Below, in pieces: positions 50,601 to 63,043 of a DNA stretch of 64,000 nt. The first letter of the stretch is position 1. Every line of letters begins with the position of its first letter. The notes beneath the pieces are model-generated. The model was not told the DNA's origin. It was given only the letters and a program-made list of their open reading frames with translations, and searched no databases. Location of the stretch: assembly GCA_051294905.1 (NCBI GenBank), contig CM119384.1, positions 19,344,001 through 19,408,000 of the forward strand. Direction: 5' to 3'. The translations under genes and the position numbers were made by a program. This DNA is from Botryllus schlosseri (lineage: Eukaryota).

Positions 50601-53600
50601 AACACAGGCCGCATAGTTATTGTTTAACGGCTGCACGAGTCCGTACGTCTGCAAGTTGGCCAGCTCTGCTCCGTTGAAATAAGGATAAACAAGGCTGCAA
50701 CTTATTTGCAATGCTAAATACTAATTAGGGCTCGGGGTTACCGGTTCACCTTCTAGCACAGTGGTTTTTAAACGCGACCCCGTGAGACACCCTGTCTACG
50801 CCCGCGCAATGATGTAAACTGCGCTATTTATAAGCATCTCGCAGATAGTACTAATTAAATATTTATGAGCTCTAGCTGTGTATGGTTTCCTCAAGAATCA
50901 TTAGAGAAAGATGTCGCAAGCGGAACGTACATTAATTTCATCCTGTTCTACTCCAAAAGGATCCAATTAGTCCATATTACCAGCTTTTAAATATTGGGGA
51001 GAAACTCAGAATTATATGCTTATGATATCACAAACGGAATGTAACTCACAAGCTACGGACAGCTGATATGAACATTGTACGATATTGCACACACGGTCAA
51101 CATGTTCTGAAGCATAAAGTTTCCTGTATATTGAGATAGCCACTCATCGGTCCATTCTAATTCGGATCTGGTACACCCCTGTACACCCCATCTGAGTGGT
51201 ACACCCTTTCAAAATTTCGGTACACCCTAGGGTGTACCATACACCTGGTTGAAGAGCACTGTTTTAGTTGCACACTTGAAAAAGTATTAGTTGTCGAACA
51301 ACTAAAAACACGCGTCGTGGTTTAGGGCGAATTGAGATGCCGGTGTTCTGTTGAATCATGTTTGTGCAGCCATTGCTCGCTCAGAGCCATCACTGCTAAC
51401 AATGGCGTAGCCAGCGGGTGGCTTCTTGGGCTCGGAATCTTTCTCATTGCAAACTCTAAACCCCCCTCTTTTGATATTTCCGATAAAATAGAAATTGATT
51501 TGTTGACTGTGAATGAAATCCAGTTCTGTACGGTTCTAAACCTGTTATGGCTTGGGAACCCCTACGTCACAGATCGGCAACTATTTTCTAAAAATGACAG
51601 GCAGGAAATACGTTGGCTCGCCAAGTCAGAATTAGATTGCAATATATTAGGCGAAGTATGTATTTCTAATAATTTATCAATTGAAAGCAATGAATTAAGT
51701 GGTTAACACAAGCTTCTGTACGGATGTGTCACTATTAGGCAATTAAGAATTTAGAGTCAAAGTACTTCATAATATTTTTCCCAAGTATTTATTCAAAACA
51801 ATGGTAAACAAGAAACATGGTTAACTCTTTTTAATCACACCAACCCATTGACACGTCCTTCTAAAAGACACTAAAATGTATGGGGTGTTACAGCCTGGTC
51901 ACTATCCCGTGCAGTACGTAGCTTATTGGTAAAATCATCCTGTTGTTTTGGTAATTTCGCTGGCAGGTTTTGCGAATTCGTCTTCTCGCAGCTTCAGCCG
52001 AATGAATGCGTGCTTATGTCATAGTCCCGACATAAATTAATCTATGTCATATCGACTTTATTGTGAAGATAGAATACGCCAGGGATCGGCTACCCCTGGC
52101 ACGCGTGGCTAAAGGGGCATGCAAGATGATTTTTCATGGACGCGCGCTGAATGATTTTATATGCATTATTATAATCATATTTCTTGCAAAATGTGGAACA
52201 GAAGTTTTCAAAATGGAAAAAGCTGGAAGGTCAATACAAATTATTTCGTAAATCAACATGAAGTAGGTTCTTTTGGGACGGATTTTATTTTTCTTCAAAT
52301 TTTCTCCGCACTTCCCACTAATAGTCAAAATTTGGCCCGCGCGCAGTAAAATGCCCAGGTCTGCCCAACGCTTATCTACAAGCCTTCGGAGAACTCCTAA
52401 TTTTCAGTGAGTCATAAAACAAAAGTCTATCGCATGTGTGCATACTACATGTGTTGTAATTAGGGTTACATTTAAAACAAACGGTGTTTTAAAACACTTT
52501 GTTCAAAACATGTTTTAAATAAAGGCCTTTTTGAAGTTGAAAAATTATGCTATTATTGTGTAAATACTTTCCGAAAAACATGTTGTATGAGCCTACGGAC
52601 AATTACTACCCGATATTACCGACGTATATCGATATGGGATGGTTGGAAACCCTAAAATAGTCGGTTCAACGGCAATAGTACAAATATTTCGTCAAAGGAG
52701 CTATATTTACCCTATATTTTCAATTGTTAATGTCGATCCACTATGACCTAACAATTGAATATTGGTGACATCATGGCTAAAAAACACAATAAAAACATGT
52801 TTCAAACAAGAGCCTTGTTTTAAACACGTCTGTTTTAAATTGATTATTGTTTTAAATGCAATCCTAGTTGTAATATGTAGGACTATACCGGTAGAGCTAC
52901 CCACGCAGACTTGTACAAACTACCCATTTAGTTAGTTGATGTCCAACTAACTAACGGTTTTTTGAGTAGTTCTAGTTCTAGTTCTAGTTGCTGATTTTGA
53001 TAATTGAGTAGTTGTAGTTCAGTAATTTGTACAAGTCTGTTTACAATAGGCTTATATTTATTCGTGGTTTCAAAACTTTTTCGGCTTGTGACTCTAGAAA
53101 AATTATTTGAAATTGGCGGCACACTTACAAGAACGTTGCATAAAAATCTATTCACGCGTTATTTCGATGGCTATGCTTGTTTATACAAACATATATTCGA
53201 CTTAGACGATGCTAATTGGTGGCAAATATATTACCCGCATTTCGTCGTTTCTCAAGCAGTGTCTCTCGGTTACGGCTTTTATTTCAGTCAAAACGAAAAT
53301 AAAACATGTTTACACATAAGATTGGAAAGGTAGCATCCAAAACTTTACATAAAAACAACGTTTCAACGTACGGGGCGTTTCGTAAATCAATGAGCTGTTC
53401 TCCTTCTTCTTCTGTCAAATGATTGCTAGATTTATGGTTTCAAAGCGGATTGATTAACCAGCACATATACTTCTTACAGTAAATTCTGAGAAGTATTGTT
53501 GTCGTGTCCGTTGAATGCAAGACTATGTGATCATGATTTAAGGCACGATTCATAGTTTATGAGTTGATTGAAACAAATCAAAGAAATTTATCCTGACATA

Positions 53601-56600
53601 GCCACCTAGTTATGATGTGGAAATTATTCTACATTTATCGGCAATGCGATGATTGGTTTCGTGGACATGGTCACATGTGTTTATTTCCCAGCCTGTTTAA
53701 GATCTTAGACCGCTTGTTAGTCGCATCTGCTTTTCAGTCATACAGCTCTTTGCTAAATCGAGAATGTGAATTATTCACTTCCGCAAGCGGATATGGTCGC
53801 ATGCAATTCTACGTGATGTCACCAACCTGTCGTCGTGACAACTTTCCGATCAATTGGGGATGCAATGTTGTCATTCTCGTGGACGTATCTGCTAGGGATG
53901 GTGTGAACCTCCGAAAGGTTCAGGTTCGTGTGAACGCGAGCCTTTTTGAAAGGTTCTGTGTGAGCGCGAACGTGAACCTCGTCACGTCATACTGTTAATT
54001 CCAACCCCACATTTCAGTGAAAGTGATGTATATATTGATGTACAGGATACCTAGCGACGACTCGGACCACATAATGTCATGGTGCTGAAGTACATACTGA
54101 GTTTTAAAACGTCACCAAATGTATCAACTGGAGCAGTCAAATGATATTATTTTCCAAATAAATCAATATCTTATTCTTCTTGGTGACTAGGACTTGCAAG
54201 GGTATAAGCTTACGCCTTAACGGTCTAGGTCAGACCGGACAATTTATTCGGCGTCTGAGTGTCGCTATACGTTGATGTTGAGCATATAGTGTAAAACGGG
54301 GTTTACCCAATTAACAAGTTATACAGTAGTAGCATACAATATGATACATTATGATACAATAAACATATGAAGTCGAGATGGACCCCGCACGCTTGCTAGA
54401 TCTTCTCACATCAGACATCGATATCAATTTCATTGATTGGTTGAATAAGCATCATTCGTTGGCTCGCTACATGTAGCGTATAATTCGATCTTGATGTTGT
54501 GCTGTGATTGCGGGTCAAGCTCACACCAGAGAGTCACTAGATATTCGCAAACAGAAAGTTGGATATTTCGAGCAAACTTTCGTAAAAAAGCAGGTAAAAT
54601 TTTTGTTATTGTCAAGGTACATGCTCGTTTAGTGTTGATTTTTTATGCTGCCAGCATCATTCATAGAGTGGCCCGCAGTTGAAATGCAATCAACTTCAAC
54701 CAAATATGCCATGATGATGGTAAAATTGTAATATAAGGAAAAGGTTCACAGAGCAGAACCTACGAAGGTTCGTTTGTGAGCGTGAACCTTTAAATTTCCG
54801 CGGTTCACACACAGAACGCGAACGTGAACTTCACGTTCACACCATCCTTACTATCTGCTTCGCAAGGACATCTGTATTACATGTTCGTTGACAATATAAC
54901 TTATCTCGGTTCTTTTTGTGATGTATGATAATTTACCAATAGAAAATCGGTCAACATCCGATTTAATTGTAATTACATTTCCTAATAATCGCATGAGCCA
55001 TGATTGTTACAATACCGATGACGTGGAAACAAATTTTCTCCTTCGAAAATTGCTAATTTATGTGAATGTTACGTGTGTCTACTAAAAAATTTTTTTTTTA
55101 TAATTTCATGAATCACTTTCACGTTGATCTAGATAGGAAGACTACATATTTTATATTCGTCTGCTTATATCTCCTGGTGAACTCGTGAAGGTAATATTAT
55201 CAGCTGAGAATAACAAATCTCTACAATAAATTGACAATAACTCATGTACAACGTGACTGTATTATGAAAAACGTTCGGTTCACGTTCGCGTTCGCGTTCT
55301 GAATTCCACAAAAGAATTCCCTCTAAACACATGCTAAAATGTCTGAATTGTACAGAAATGTTAACATTTGTGGTCAAAATTTATTGAATCATCACTTGCG
55401 GCCGAAAGGTGAAATGAAATTCAAAACAAACTAACAAAAACCTTGTACCCCCAGTCCCCAACAAAGGCTTAGTGATTCTAAAGGATTTGCTTTAAATATC
55501 CCGCTATTACGGCTGAAAATTCTAAATCGTTTCCGTCACTATTACGTGATTGGTTATGGCTACCGAATGGGGTGCACGTACCCCCTGGGGCGAAATGTTC
55601 AGGTGGAAGTGCGAGATGGCTGAATATTTGGCAAGGTTAGAAAATTAATTAAGAAGCTTACTTATGCTATAAAACAACCATGAGATGATGACTTGAATGT
55701 TGTTTGTTTTATTGACACTCCTATTTGGCGCTTTCAACAGCATGGTTATATGCGCCCGGGCTGCCATCTTCCTCTCAGCTTTGCAATGAGCTGTATTTAC
55801 TGAGGGATCGGCGATGAGGAGCCCAAATAAACCTCCGACATATACAAACATGGCAGAGCCGAAACTCGAACCAACAACCATTGTTGTCGTGGCTGCAGTG
55901 TTTAACCAGCTTCTCCACTCGCTTCCCATGACTTGAATGTATTTAATATGCTTTTATGTAGGGGTGGCGCATAATGCGCACAGTGCATCCAATACAGCAA
56001 CAAGTTTGTAAGCGCAGCATGGGTGGACATGTCAAGAGGGTTTCTCAAATGGAAACACATTTTACCAACCTGAGATAAGTGCATTTAAATTTATAAAATG
56101 CAAATAATGTTCGAGATTTAATATTCAAATACAAGTCCTCTCACTGACTCAAATATATACGACAGTCATGTGAAATAGCAAAATATGAAAAAATCCACGT
56201 CCAAGTCCAAATCAAAATCTTGCTTAAAAACTTCGTAAATCCAATTTCATACCGAATTCGGCCAAAATTTCAAATCCCACATTGTCAAATCAAAGTCAAA
56301 ATCTATGCTCATCTCTGACAGCCTATATTTATGAGGAACGGGATTACTTCACTTCACAAAAACAGTTTCTGCGCATAAAAGCAACATACATCCCAGTTGA
56401 TATAGAGAGGGTGCGAGAACTGATTAGTGAATTCCAATGGCTGCAGACAGGGGAAAAGGTCAAGAAGCGATATCATGAGCTTATATCTTCCTCGCGGTGG
56501 CAGAGTCAGGTATATGCCAGATGTAACCGCAAGTGATTGTTGGGTCCACTGGTGCAAAAGGTTGTGACGGTATATTAATAAAGATTGCAAATAAGGGATG

Positions 56601-59600
56601 CTTGCGGGCCGAGCACTATAAACCCGGATCTAGAGAACCGACAAAAATAATTACATTTCGATTTTTTTTACATTTTTAATTCATAAATTGCCTCTAATGA
56701 GACGCCAATTCCTCGGTTGTGGCAGCCACAGAATCTCCGCTCTCTAGCAAAGTCAAGGCACGAAATTTTTCTCTTGTCTCCGTCGACCCATTTTGATTAG
56801 AAAAACGAACAATATGGTGAAATTTCAACGAGTTTACGAAATTGCTGAAAGTAAAGCAACACTAAGAACGCAGAGCAATGGCTTTGCGGTGAAGTCTATA
56901 GAAAAACAGTAACCTACGACGTAACTACAAACGTGTTTGTGACGCATTGCTTTTTATGTGATCAGTATCAGTAAGTTAAGAACGAATGCAGATTGTACAA
57001 ATGTAGAATATACTATAATGTACATATAAAGTTTTTATTGCCGGCTGCATGCTATAAAATTTACTTATGAAGATGATTTGAACTAGCCTGCCGCGAAATA
57101 GCAATTTTAGTTTATTTTCCATTATTTCAGGTACGTCGGTATCACAATTGGAATCATCGACATTGTTTTGGGTACATTTGGAAATCTGCTTACAATAGTA
57201 TCCTTCATGAAGAGCAGAGCTCTCCGTAGCAACGTATTCAACCATTTTATCGTGAATTTGGCATTCATCGATCTTTTGACAGCTTCGTGCATGATGCCGT
57301 TTAACGTGGCTGGATATATTTATATGCAATGGTAAGCTAAACAGTTGTACAAAAGCGTGCGTAACCATCTCACAGGGTGCTTTACCGGCTACTCGGTTAA
57401 TCGATTACATCACATAGCACCGAATCGCCGTCGGCGTAAACATACGACGTGTGAGGGCGTTGTTGTTTTCTTGTTATTATTATATGGTGATCGGCTACTA
57501 TGGCCGTTTAACTAGGTCTAAATAGTCTGAAAATCCGTTGCGTTCACAATTCTCTGTCAGCCAGGACAACATATTCCGCCACTAGCAGTAAAATTACGCA
57601 GTAAGTTTATTATGCTATTGACACGTTTACACATGTCGCGGGTATGAAAGGTAAGAATGCGCCGCTAACTCGTTTCGCACGGCACACCACGTTGAGCGAA
57701 CTATGAAAATGGTAAACAGTCCAATTGCATGGTTTTTAGATTGATATTTAGATTCGCTTGACACCTATGTAATGATCCCTATCCTACAAAGGTTATAGAG
57801 GAAATCGTCACATATAGCGCATTTCTCCGGCTGTTGAGATGAAAGCATATTTTATAGCAGGGACTGGCAACTTCTCAAGTCGGCCATGTCTGGTTCTCTC
57901 TGATCAATTAACACACGGTGCAATCCATAATTAAAATTTTCAGGCATTCGATAAGCCCGGCACCCCAAATTTACCAATATATCAATTCATTACGGTTGAG
58001 TACATGGTAAATGCCGATAATGCAAGCCCTCTCGCTACGACGAACTTACGCGCAAGCTCTACTCTCACGCGCTGCGCAGTGCGCACACGCGTATGTATTA
58101 ACATACAGTCACTGCAATTTGACGCTTAAGCAAGTAGTGGGGAGTCTCGGCAGACTAGGGTCACGGGTCACATTATCATGCAATACGGGAAACTGTCCGC
58201 GGGACGGATCCGGCCCGCGGGCCATATGTTGCCCGCTCCTGATTTATAGAATACCCAATTAATGTCCTAAACAACCTTGTCGCCAGGAATCCAATAATTC
58301 CACCATACTACCATGATAAACAGTAGCCTACTATTTGATGCCACAGTGGGGATCTCTTTACTGCGTTATACTAAGCCTCCCTAATTACAGTCCACGAAGA
58401 ATGTTGCAGGCATAAACAATTGCGGTATTTCCGTATATGTGCAAATAATGTAGGCTGCATTGTACGCATTAATCCATATCTTTCGCACCAAATACCACAA
58501 TATTTCATCCGGATTTCCTTAAAGTAGCTCTAGCCCTTTTCAACACTCAAGATTTTACATTTGATATGGTCTTTTCGCATTTTTGACGGATATGCGACAG
58601 CACCCTGCGTGACGTACTACTTTGCCATTGTTGCAGGCCATTCGGCAATGATCACGTGACTTGCGCGATTCAAGCATTTTTCTATTTTTGTTGCGGCTAC
58701 ACGTCGGTCGTCTGCTTCCTCGCAATCACCTTGAATAGATTTGTTGGCATTGTATATCCTGAAAGGTATGTGATATTACTCGAAAATTTTGATGAGATTG
58801 TTTTAGGTAAAAATTTAGTATAAGTATAGCCTATACCAGAGGTGGTAAAAGTAGTCAAGAAAGCTACTCAAGTAGAAGTAGAAGTAGCGGCGGAAAAATC
58901 TACTCAAGTACGAGTAGAGGTACTTCTTCAGTAAGCAATCTAAAACTACTTGAAGTAGAGGTAGAATTGACTGACTTTAAATCTACTCAAGTGAGTAAGT
59001 AGTTTTGAAAACGATCGTAATTCGTTCACATGGATTGTCAAAAGGTTCAGATTGAGCTATGCAAAAGGTGCCGAGCTTGATTCATATTGATGCATGCAGG
59101 AGGTATCCAATTTTCGACAGCATAAGCATTCGTCCGCATCATGGGTTGAAAATGACAGTATTGATATGGAAATGCGATACTAATCCTCTGTTTACTCGAA
59201 CAGAACGTTTTAGAAAATATCGTGGTATGGCGCCCCTCCCCCCATATTTAAGGCCCGGAGTTTAGTCGAAGTACAATATGGAGAAATGGTATAGGACATG
59301 GTGTAAACACTTTGCTCGATTAGTCAACGTTAATAAAAATATGGGGATCGTAAAAGGCCATATTGTGTAGCTTTATTTACGGAAATCAAAGGCATTACTA
59401 CACTTGCTTCTACACTTCAACGTGTATGTTATCCAAACAAAAGAAATGATATTAATTAGAACTCAAAGTATATGATACTGGGAATTGAAAGTGAAATATA
59501 CATACTAATTCTAGAGGCGTCTTTGGTCGAGAAAGTTGCGAAGGTTGGTATGCTAAAACAGCTCTAAAACTAAAAGTCCACTTTTCCAGATTAGAACACG

Positions 59601-62257
59601 CCATGGACTGCTAGATTACGATATGATAAGTAAATGCTAGATTGCGAAACATCAGTTTCAAACGTTATGATGAGCAGTATATACTGTGACGAAATATTTG
59701 ATACGACGAAGGACGACAATGATATAAGTGTGAACGGTACCACGCCAACCCGCTACCTAAACTATATTCACTGATGCCTTCGTGAAATCATACTGGTTAC
59801 CCCGAATCCACTGCGCGCGAAGCGCGACGAAAATTCTTGGCTTTACTCGACTTTGTTGAAAATTAAATGTTGATACTCCGTGAAAACAGCCCCGAAATTC
59901 CTCAAGCTATCTTTCTAATTGGAGGATTAAACTACTTCTACTTGACAAACTGAAAATAGCGAAAAGTAAGTAAGTAGATCACAAAATATTTTGAAGTAGA
60001 AGTAGAAGTACCGAAAATCATATCTACTTGAGTAAGTACCAGAAGTGGAGTAAAACTACTTGAGTACTTCGAAAAAATAAAAGTACTTCGTTATTGACCA
60101 CCTCTGGCCTATACCTACCGATACCTCTCTGGATCAGCACAATTGGCTATGTACGCCGTACGGTTATGGGCAAAGAAACAAACATAAAGGTATTCATGGT
60201 TTTGCGCAGATATGTTAGCGTGTACTCAACAAATTGGGGAAAGTTTATTCTGGCGCTAACGTGGATAGTAGCTCCAGCATTCCTGTTTCCGTCGCTGATT
60301 ACGTCAGCTATCAACAATGCTCACGGTTATCCGAAGACACCGACGGGTTGGAAAGAAAGGGAGTTTTTGTGTACTTATGTCAACGTGAATAACTGGGTCA
60401 TATACATGCAGGTGAGTGTAGTAACTAAACGGTTACCGTGTAAAGGACTTATATCGCGAAAGGAAAACGTAATTTAGGCCTACGTCACAAGTGTTCATTC
60501 GAGAGACAGTCACTTACCACCGGTTACGATTGACGAGATACACCGACAAAGTGGCTTTAGGCTTGGGCCATTGCCAAGTTTATGTATCAGTTCCATTGCG
60601 GTCAATGTCCCTCAAATTTCAACGACTACTTCACCTCGGAGACAAAAGCGCACAAGTACAGCACACGCGCGTCATCGAAGAACAGCTACCATATGATCAG
60701 GACTGAATACAAGAAAACGCATTGCTCTATCAAGTATGCCGGACCCCAATTGTGGAACAGCATCTCGCCGGCTTTTCGACAGTCGTCGAGCATGTCCGCA
60801 TTCAAGTCGAAATACCAGCAATTTCTTCTAAATCAATACTAGCCAGTCTTCAGGATTACCGGACCACGACCTAACATCGACCTCGCCCTCCGCCACATGC
60901 CACCTCATTTTCTCGCTTGCGTCTTATTTTCTCGGCATTACTTTTCATTCAGTGTGCATGCCTCTTATTTACTTCGCCTAGGCTAAGGTGGGTGTCTGAT
61001 CTTAATGGCTACTCCAAGTTGTTTCGACACCTTCCTATCCTTTCATTGTATCGCAGTCTTGTGATGTTTTTGAAACGATGAAAATATTACTAAACCTGAT
61101 TGATTGATTGATTGCATCGATATAAACGTGACACACTGCATGTTGTATGAATGAATCAAACTGAGATACCATGGCTTTGCATACGGACGCCTGATTCTAC
61201 TTGACATCATTGGGACTTCTGATTTTTTATAACCATCTACACAACCGCGTCACTGACAATACCAAGCGATACACTGTATATCAGATCTCTTGAAGGGGCA
61301 CTGCACTCTAAAATGATGCGGTCTCAAATTGACGGGCAAAACGAAAAAAAATTTGGCTGCAGCCATTTTCTTTAGAACGCCGCAGTAATGGAGCTGCGAA
61401 TTATTGAAATTTCCACAGGACCTTCACGCTCCAGCTGTCGCGGCTGCGCGTCATTTCTTAACCCGTTACTAGGCACGATGTCTTCACCGTCGCACCTGCT
61501 CGACGCGATTAGGCAATCACTCAGGTTGTGCACTGTGCAGTACGCTGTAAAATCACAGCTTGAAAATTACAGCTGGATGGATAGTTTTGCATCAATATAC
61601 AACTGTGATGGCATCTCAGTATCAGTGAACTGGCAAATATTGTAGAGTAATGACAAGCTTCAGACACGAATTCTCCTGACTTAACATCGTACGTTGAGCG
61701 CCGGTACCGTACGCCTATACTTAACGTAACTAAACCGCCCCGGCGAGTAAGACATAATTCCTTCATAATATGGGCTGACAACTATCTAAAGTTCGTGCGA
61801 CGGTGAAGACATGGTGCTTTGTAACGGGTTAGAAATGACGCGCAGCCGCGACAGCTGCAGCGTGAAGGTCCTGTCGAAATTTCAATAAATCGCAGCTTCA
61901 TTGCGGTGGCGTTCTGAAGATAATGGCTGCGGCCAAAAATCTTGTTAGTTTTTCGTTTCAATTTGAGACCGCATTATTTTTAGAGTGCAGTGCCACTTCA
62001 AGTCCTAGCACCCAGATAAATCAACTCAATTAGTAACACATTGAAATGTTTATTAGCTTCTGACACTATCGGATGGATGCCCACTGTCAACTTGATAATA
62101 TAATCACTCGTTACTTTTTCTTTCATTATAGGTGTCTCGAGTAATTTTCCAATTCCTCCCGCTGATCATAATGATTTTCGCTTACGTCGTGATTTGGTAC
62201 AAGGTGAAACAAAGCGATAAAAGGCTTTTTCTGAACACTGGATGTAAAGAGTACAGG
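46861..62257 (+). CDS. Class A GPCR, GPR84/Tre1/Moody-like, partial (N-terminus to TM5/ICL3)
   Basis: Exons 46861-46964 (MLTTSITW..NDT..NST, two N-glycosylation sites), 57131-57331 (TM1 GTFGNLLTI, TM2 VNLAFIDL), 58637-58765 (WPFG, TM3 Cys, ITLNRF), 60210-60411 (TM4 LTWIV, ECL2 Cys), 62132-62257 (TM5 FLPLIIMIFAY). Phases 2,2,2,0,0 are consistent. Joining the first exon across a 10-kb intron is inferred from phase and sequence character. Confidence 0.85.
47237..48169. mobile_element. Non-autonomous hAT element with GACTC/GACTT arrays
   Basis: TIR CAGTGTTGGGAT / ATCCCAACACTG, perfect TSD ctacacag, internal (TAG)10 at 47583-47612. Confidence 0.93.
49160..51261. mobile_element. Non-autonomous hAT element (Charlie/Buster-like), 2.1 kb
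   Basis: TIR CAGTGCTCTTCAACC / GGTTGAAGAGCACTG, GTACACCC repeats, TSD ttctagtt/ttttagtt (7 of 8). Confidence 0.9.
49724..50180. mobile_element. hAT MITE with GAGTC repeats, nested in 49160-51261
   Basis: TAGGGTTGCA / TACAACCCTG, TSD cattttta/cattttga (7 of 8). Confidence 0.82.
52080..52363. mobile_element. Degraded Charlie-like MITE
   Basis: Left end CAGGGATCGGCTACCCCTGGCACGCG, weak right end, TSD only partly similar. Confidence 0.4.
52461..52866. mobile_element. hAT MITE with AAAACA/TGTTTT repeats
   Basis: TIR TAGGGTTACATTTAAAAC / GTTTTAAATGCAATCCTA, perfect TSD gttgtaat. Confidence 0.9.
52906..53039. mobile_element. 134-bp hAT-like MITE
   Basis: TIR CAGACTTGTACAAA / TTTGTACAAGTCTG, TAGTT repeats. 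No TSD detected. Confidence 0.7.
53893..54850. mobile_element. Non-autonomous hAT element, family A, copy 3, inverted
   Basis: Same TIRs as the other copies, TSD gtatctgc/ctatctgc (7 of 8), reverse-complement collinear with copies 1 and 2. Confidence 0.92.
55701..55927 (-). mobile_element. tRNA-derived SINE related to group 1
   Basis: B box GGTTCGAGTTTC, shared ggaggtttat...ggctcctcatcgcc segment, perfect 13-bp TSD atgacttgaatgt at 55688-55700 and 55928-55940. Confidence 0.82.
57858..58241. mobile_element. hAT MITE (Charlie/Buster-like)
   Basis: CAGGGACTGGCAAC / GTTGCCCGCTCCTG (imperfect), TSD ttttatag/atttatag (7 of 8). Confidence 0.7.
58837..60106. mobile_element. Non-autonomous hAT element with AGTAG/AAGTA arrays, filling most of GPCR intron 3
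   Basis: TIR CAGAGGTGGT / ACCACCTCTG, perfect TSD gcctatac. Confidence 0.9.
60490..61114 (+). mobile_element. CR1/L2-group LINE-B 3' fragment
   Basis: IAKFMYQFHCGQCP...HKYSTRAS...SIKYAGPQLWNSIS...FKSKYQQFLLNQY*, a 3' UTR, and a (TGAT)n tail. Confidence 0.88.
61294..61997. mobile_element. Long-TIR MITE, Kolobok-like by its termini
   Basis: ~200-bp inverted arms (61294-61495 and 61795-61997). Termini AGGGGCACTG / CAGTGCCACT are flanked by ttga/tcaa, each one change from TTAA. Confidence 0.75.
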
Positions 62258-63043
62258 GTAAGTATGATAGCATAAAGTATCTAGTTTAATATGTTTGAAT
62301 ATCCCAAAAAAGATGCTTCAAAGGTAGAAATGATGTACAGAGCAATTTTAATGAACTCGTGTCTAGTATAAAAATATACCCAGAATAAGGGTTTTACTTC
62401 AGTCAGTTCGGTGCAGTGGTTCTCATACGGCGGTACGCGAGCGGATCGGCGATTTTTAATTGAATTCAGTCTACAATTCACTGTCCTTTTCAGTAAACCA
62501 CTTTAAATACATCCCAGTCAACAAAATGGGAAGCGATCGCCAGGCGTATAATACGCATTCGATGTCAAAATGATGCTTCAAAAGAAACAATTTTCGCACT
62601 TCTGCGCAGACTCATTAACCCGTTGTTGCCGCCAATTAACCCTCTCGCTACCGCAGCTTAAAACGGCTATTAGCCCTATCGCTACCCTGAATCATTGTTG
62701 CTTTCTGGCATGCATACTCATACTGATCCTTATGCTGTAAGACATCACAATTTGGCAATACGTTTTCATTATAGTTTTAGTTATAATAAAATCCACCATG
62801 AGCATGTACATACAAAACATCGGTTAAATATAGACAGACAGCCATATAAATGCATAATACGACATGTTGATTTCAGTCGAGATACACAGATCTTCTTTCC
62901 GGTACAAGTTTGATACAAATATTCCTGCTCTTGAATTGAAATACAGACAAAATCTGGTTAATCGAATAACTCTGTGCCTTGGCGGGAAGAATAGGATCAA
63001 GCAACGCGGAGCTACCATCAGTAGACTCACTGTGTGGCACCAT

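Larger units (their letters stand above)
48998..51310. mobile_element. hAT-like element with TAGTT arrays, split by a nested insertion, right end lost
   Basis: Left end TAGACTTGTACAAAC and body match 52906-53039. TAGTT repeats resume after 51261. Confidence 0.6.

Noticed and set aside
50400-51150. Transposase remnant inside the 2.1-kb hAT element
   Set aside because: The frames I translated had frequent stops and no BED or hAT dimerisation motif.
55645-55929. Minus ORF starting MGSEWRSWL, resembling the human NOX4 N-terminus
   Set aside because: It coincides with a SINE bounded by a 13-bp TSD. The real NOX4 exon 1 is at 23705.
62635-62690. piggyBac-like left ends (TTAACCC...cgctacc repeats)
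   Set aside because: No matching right end or TTAA TSD was found.
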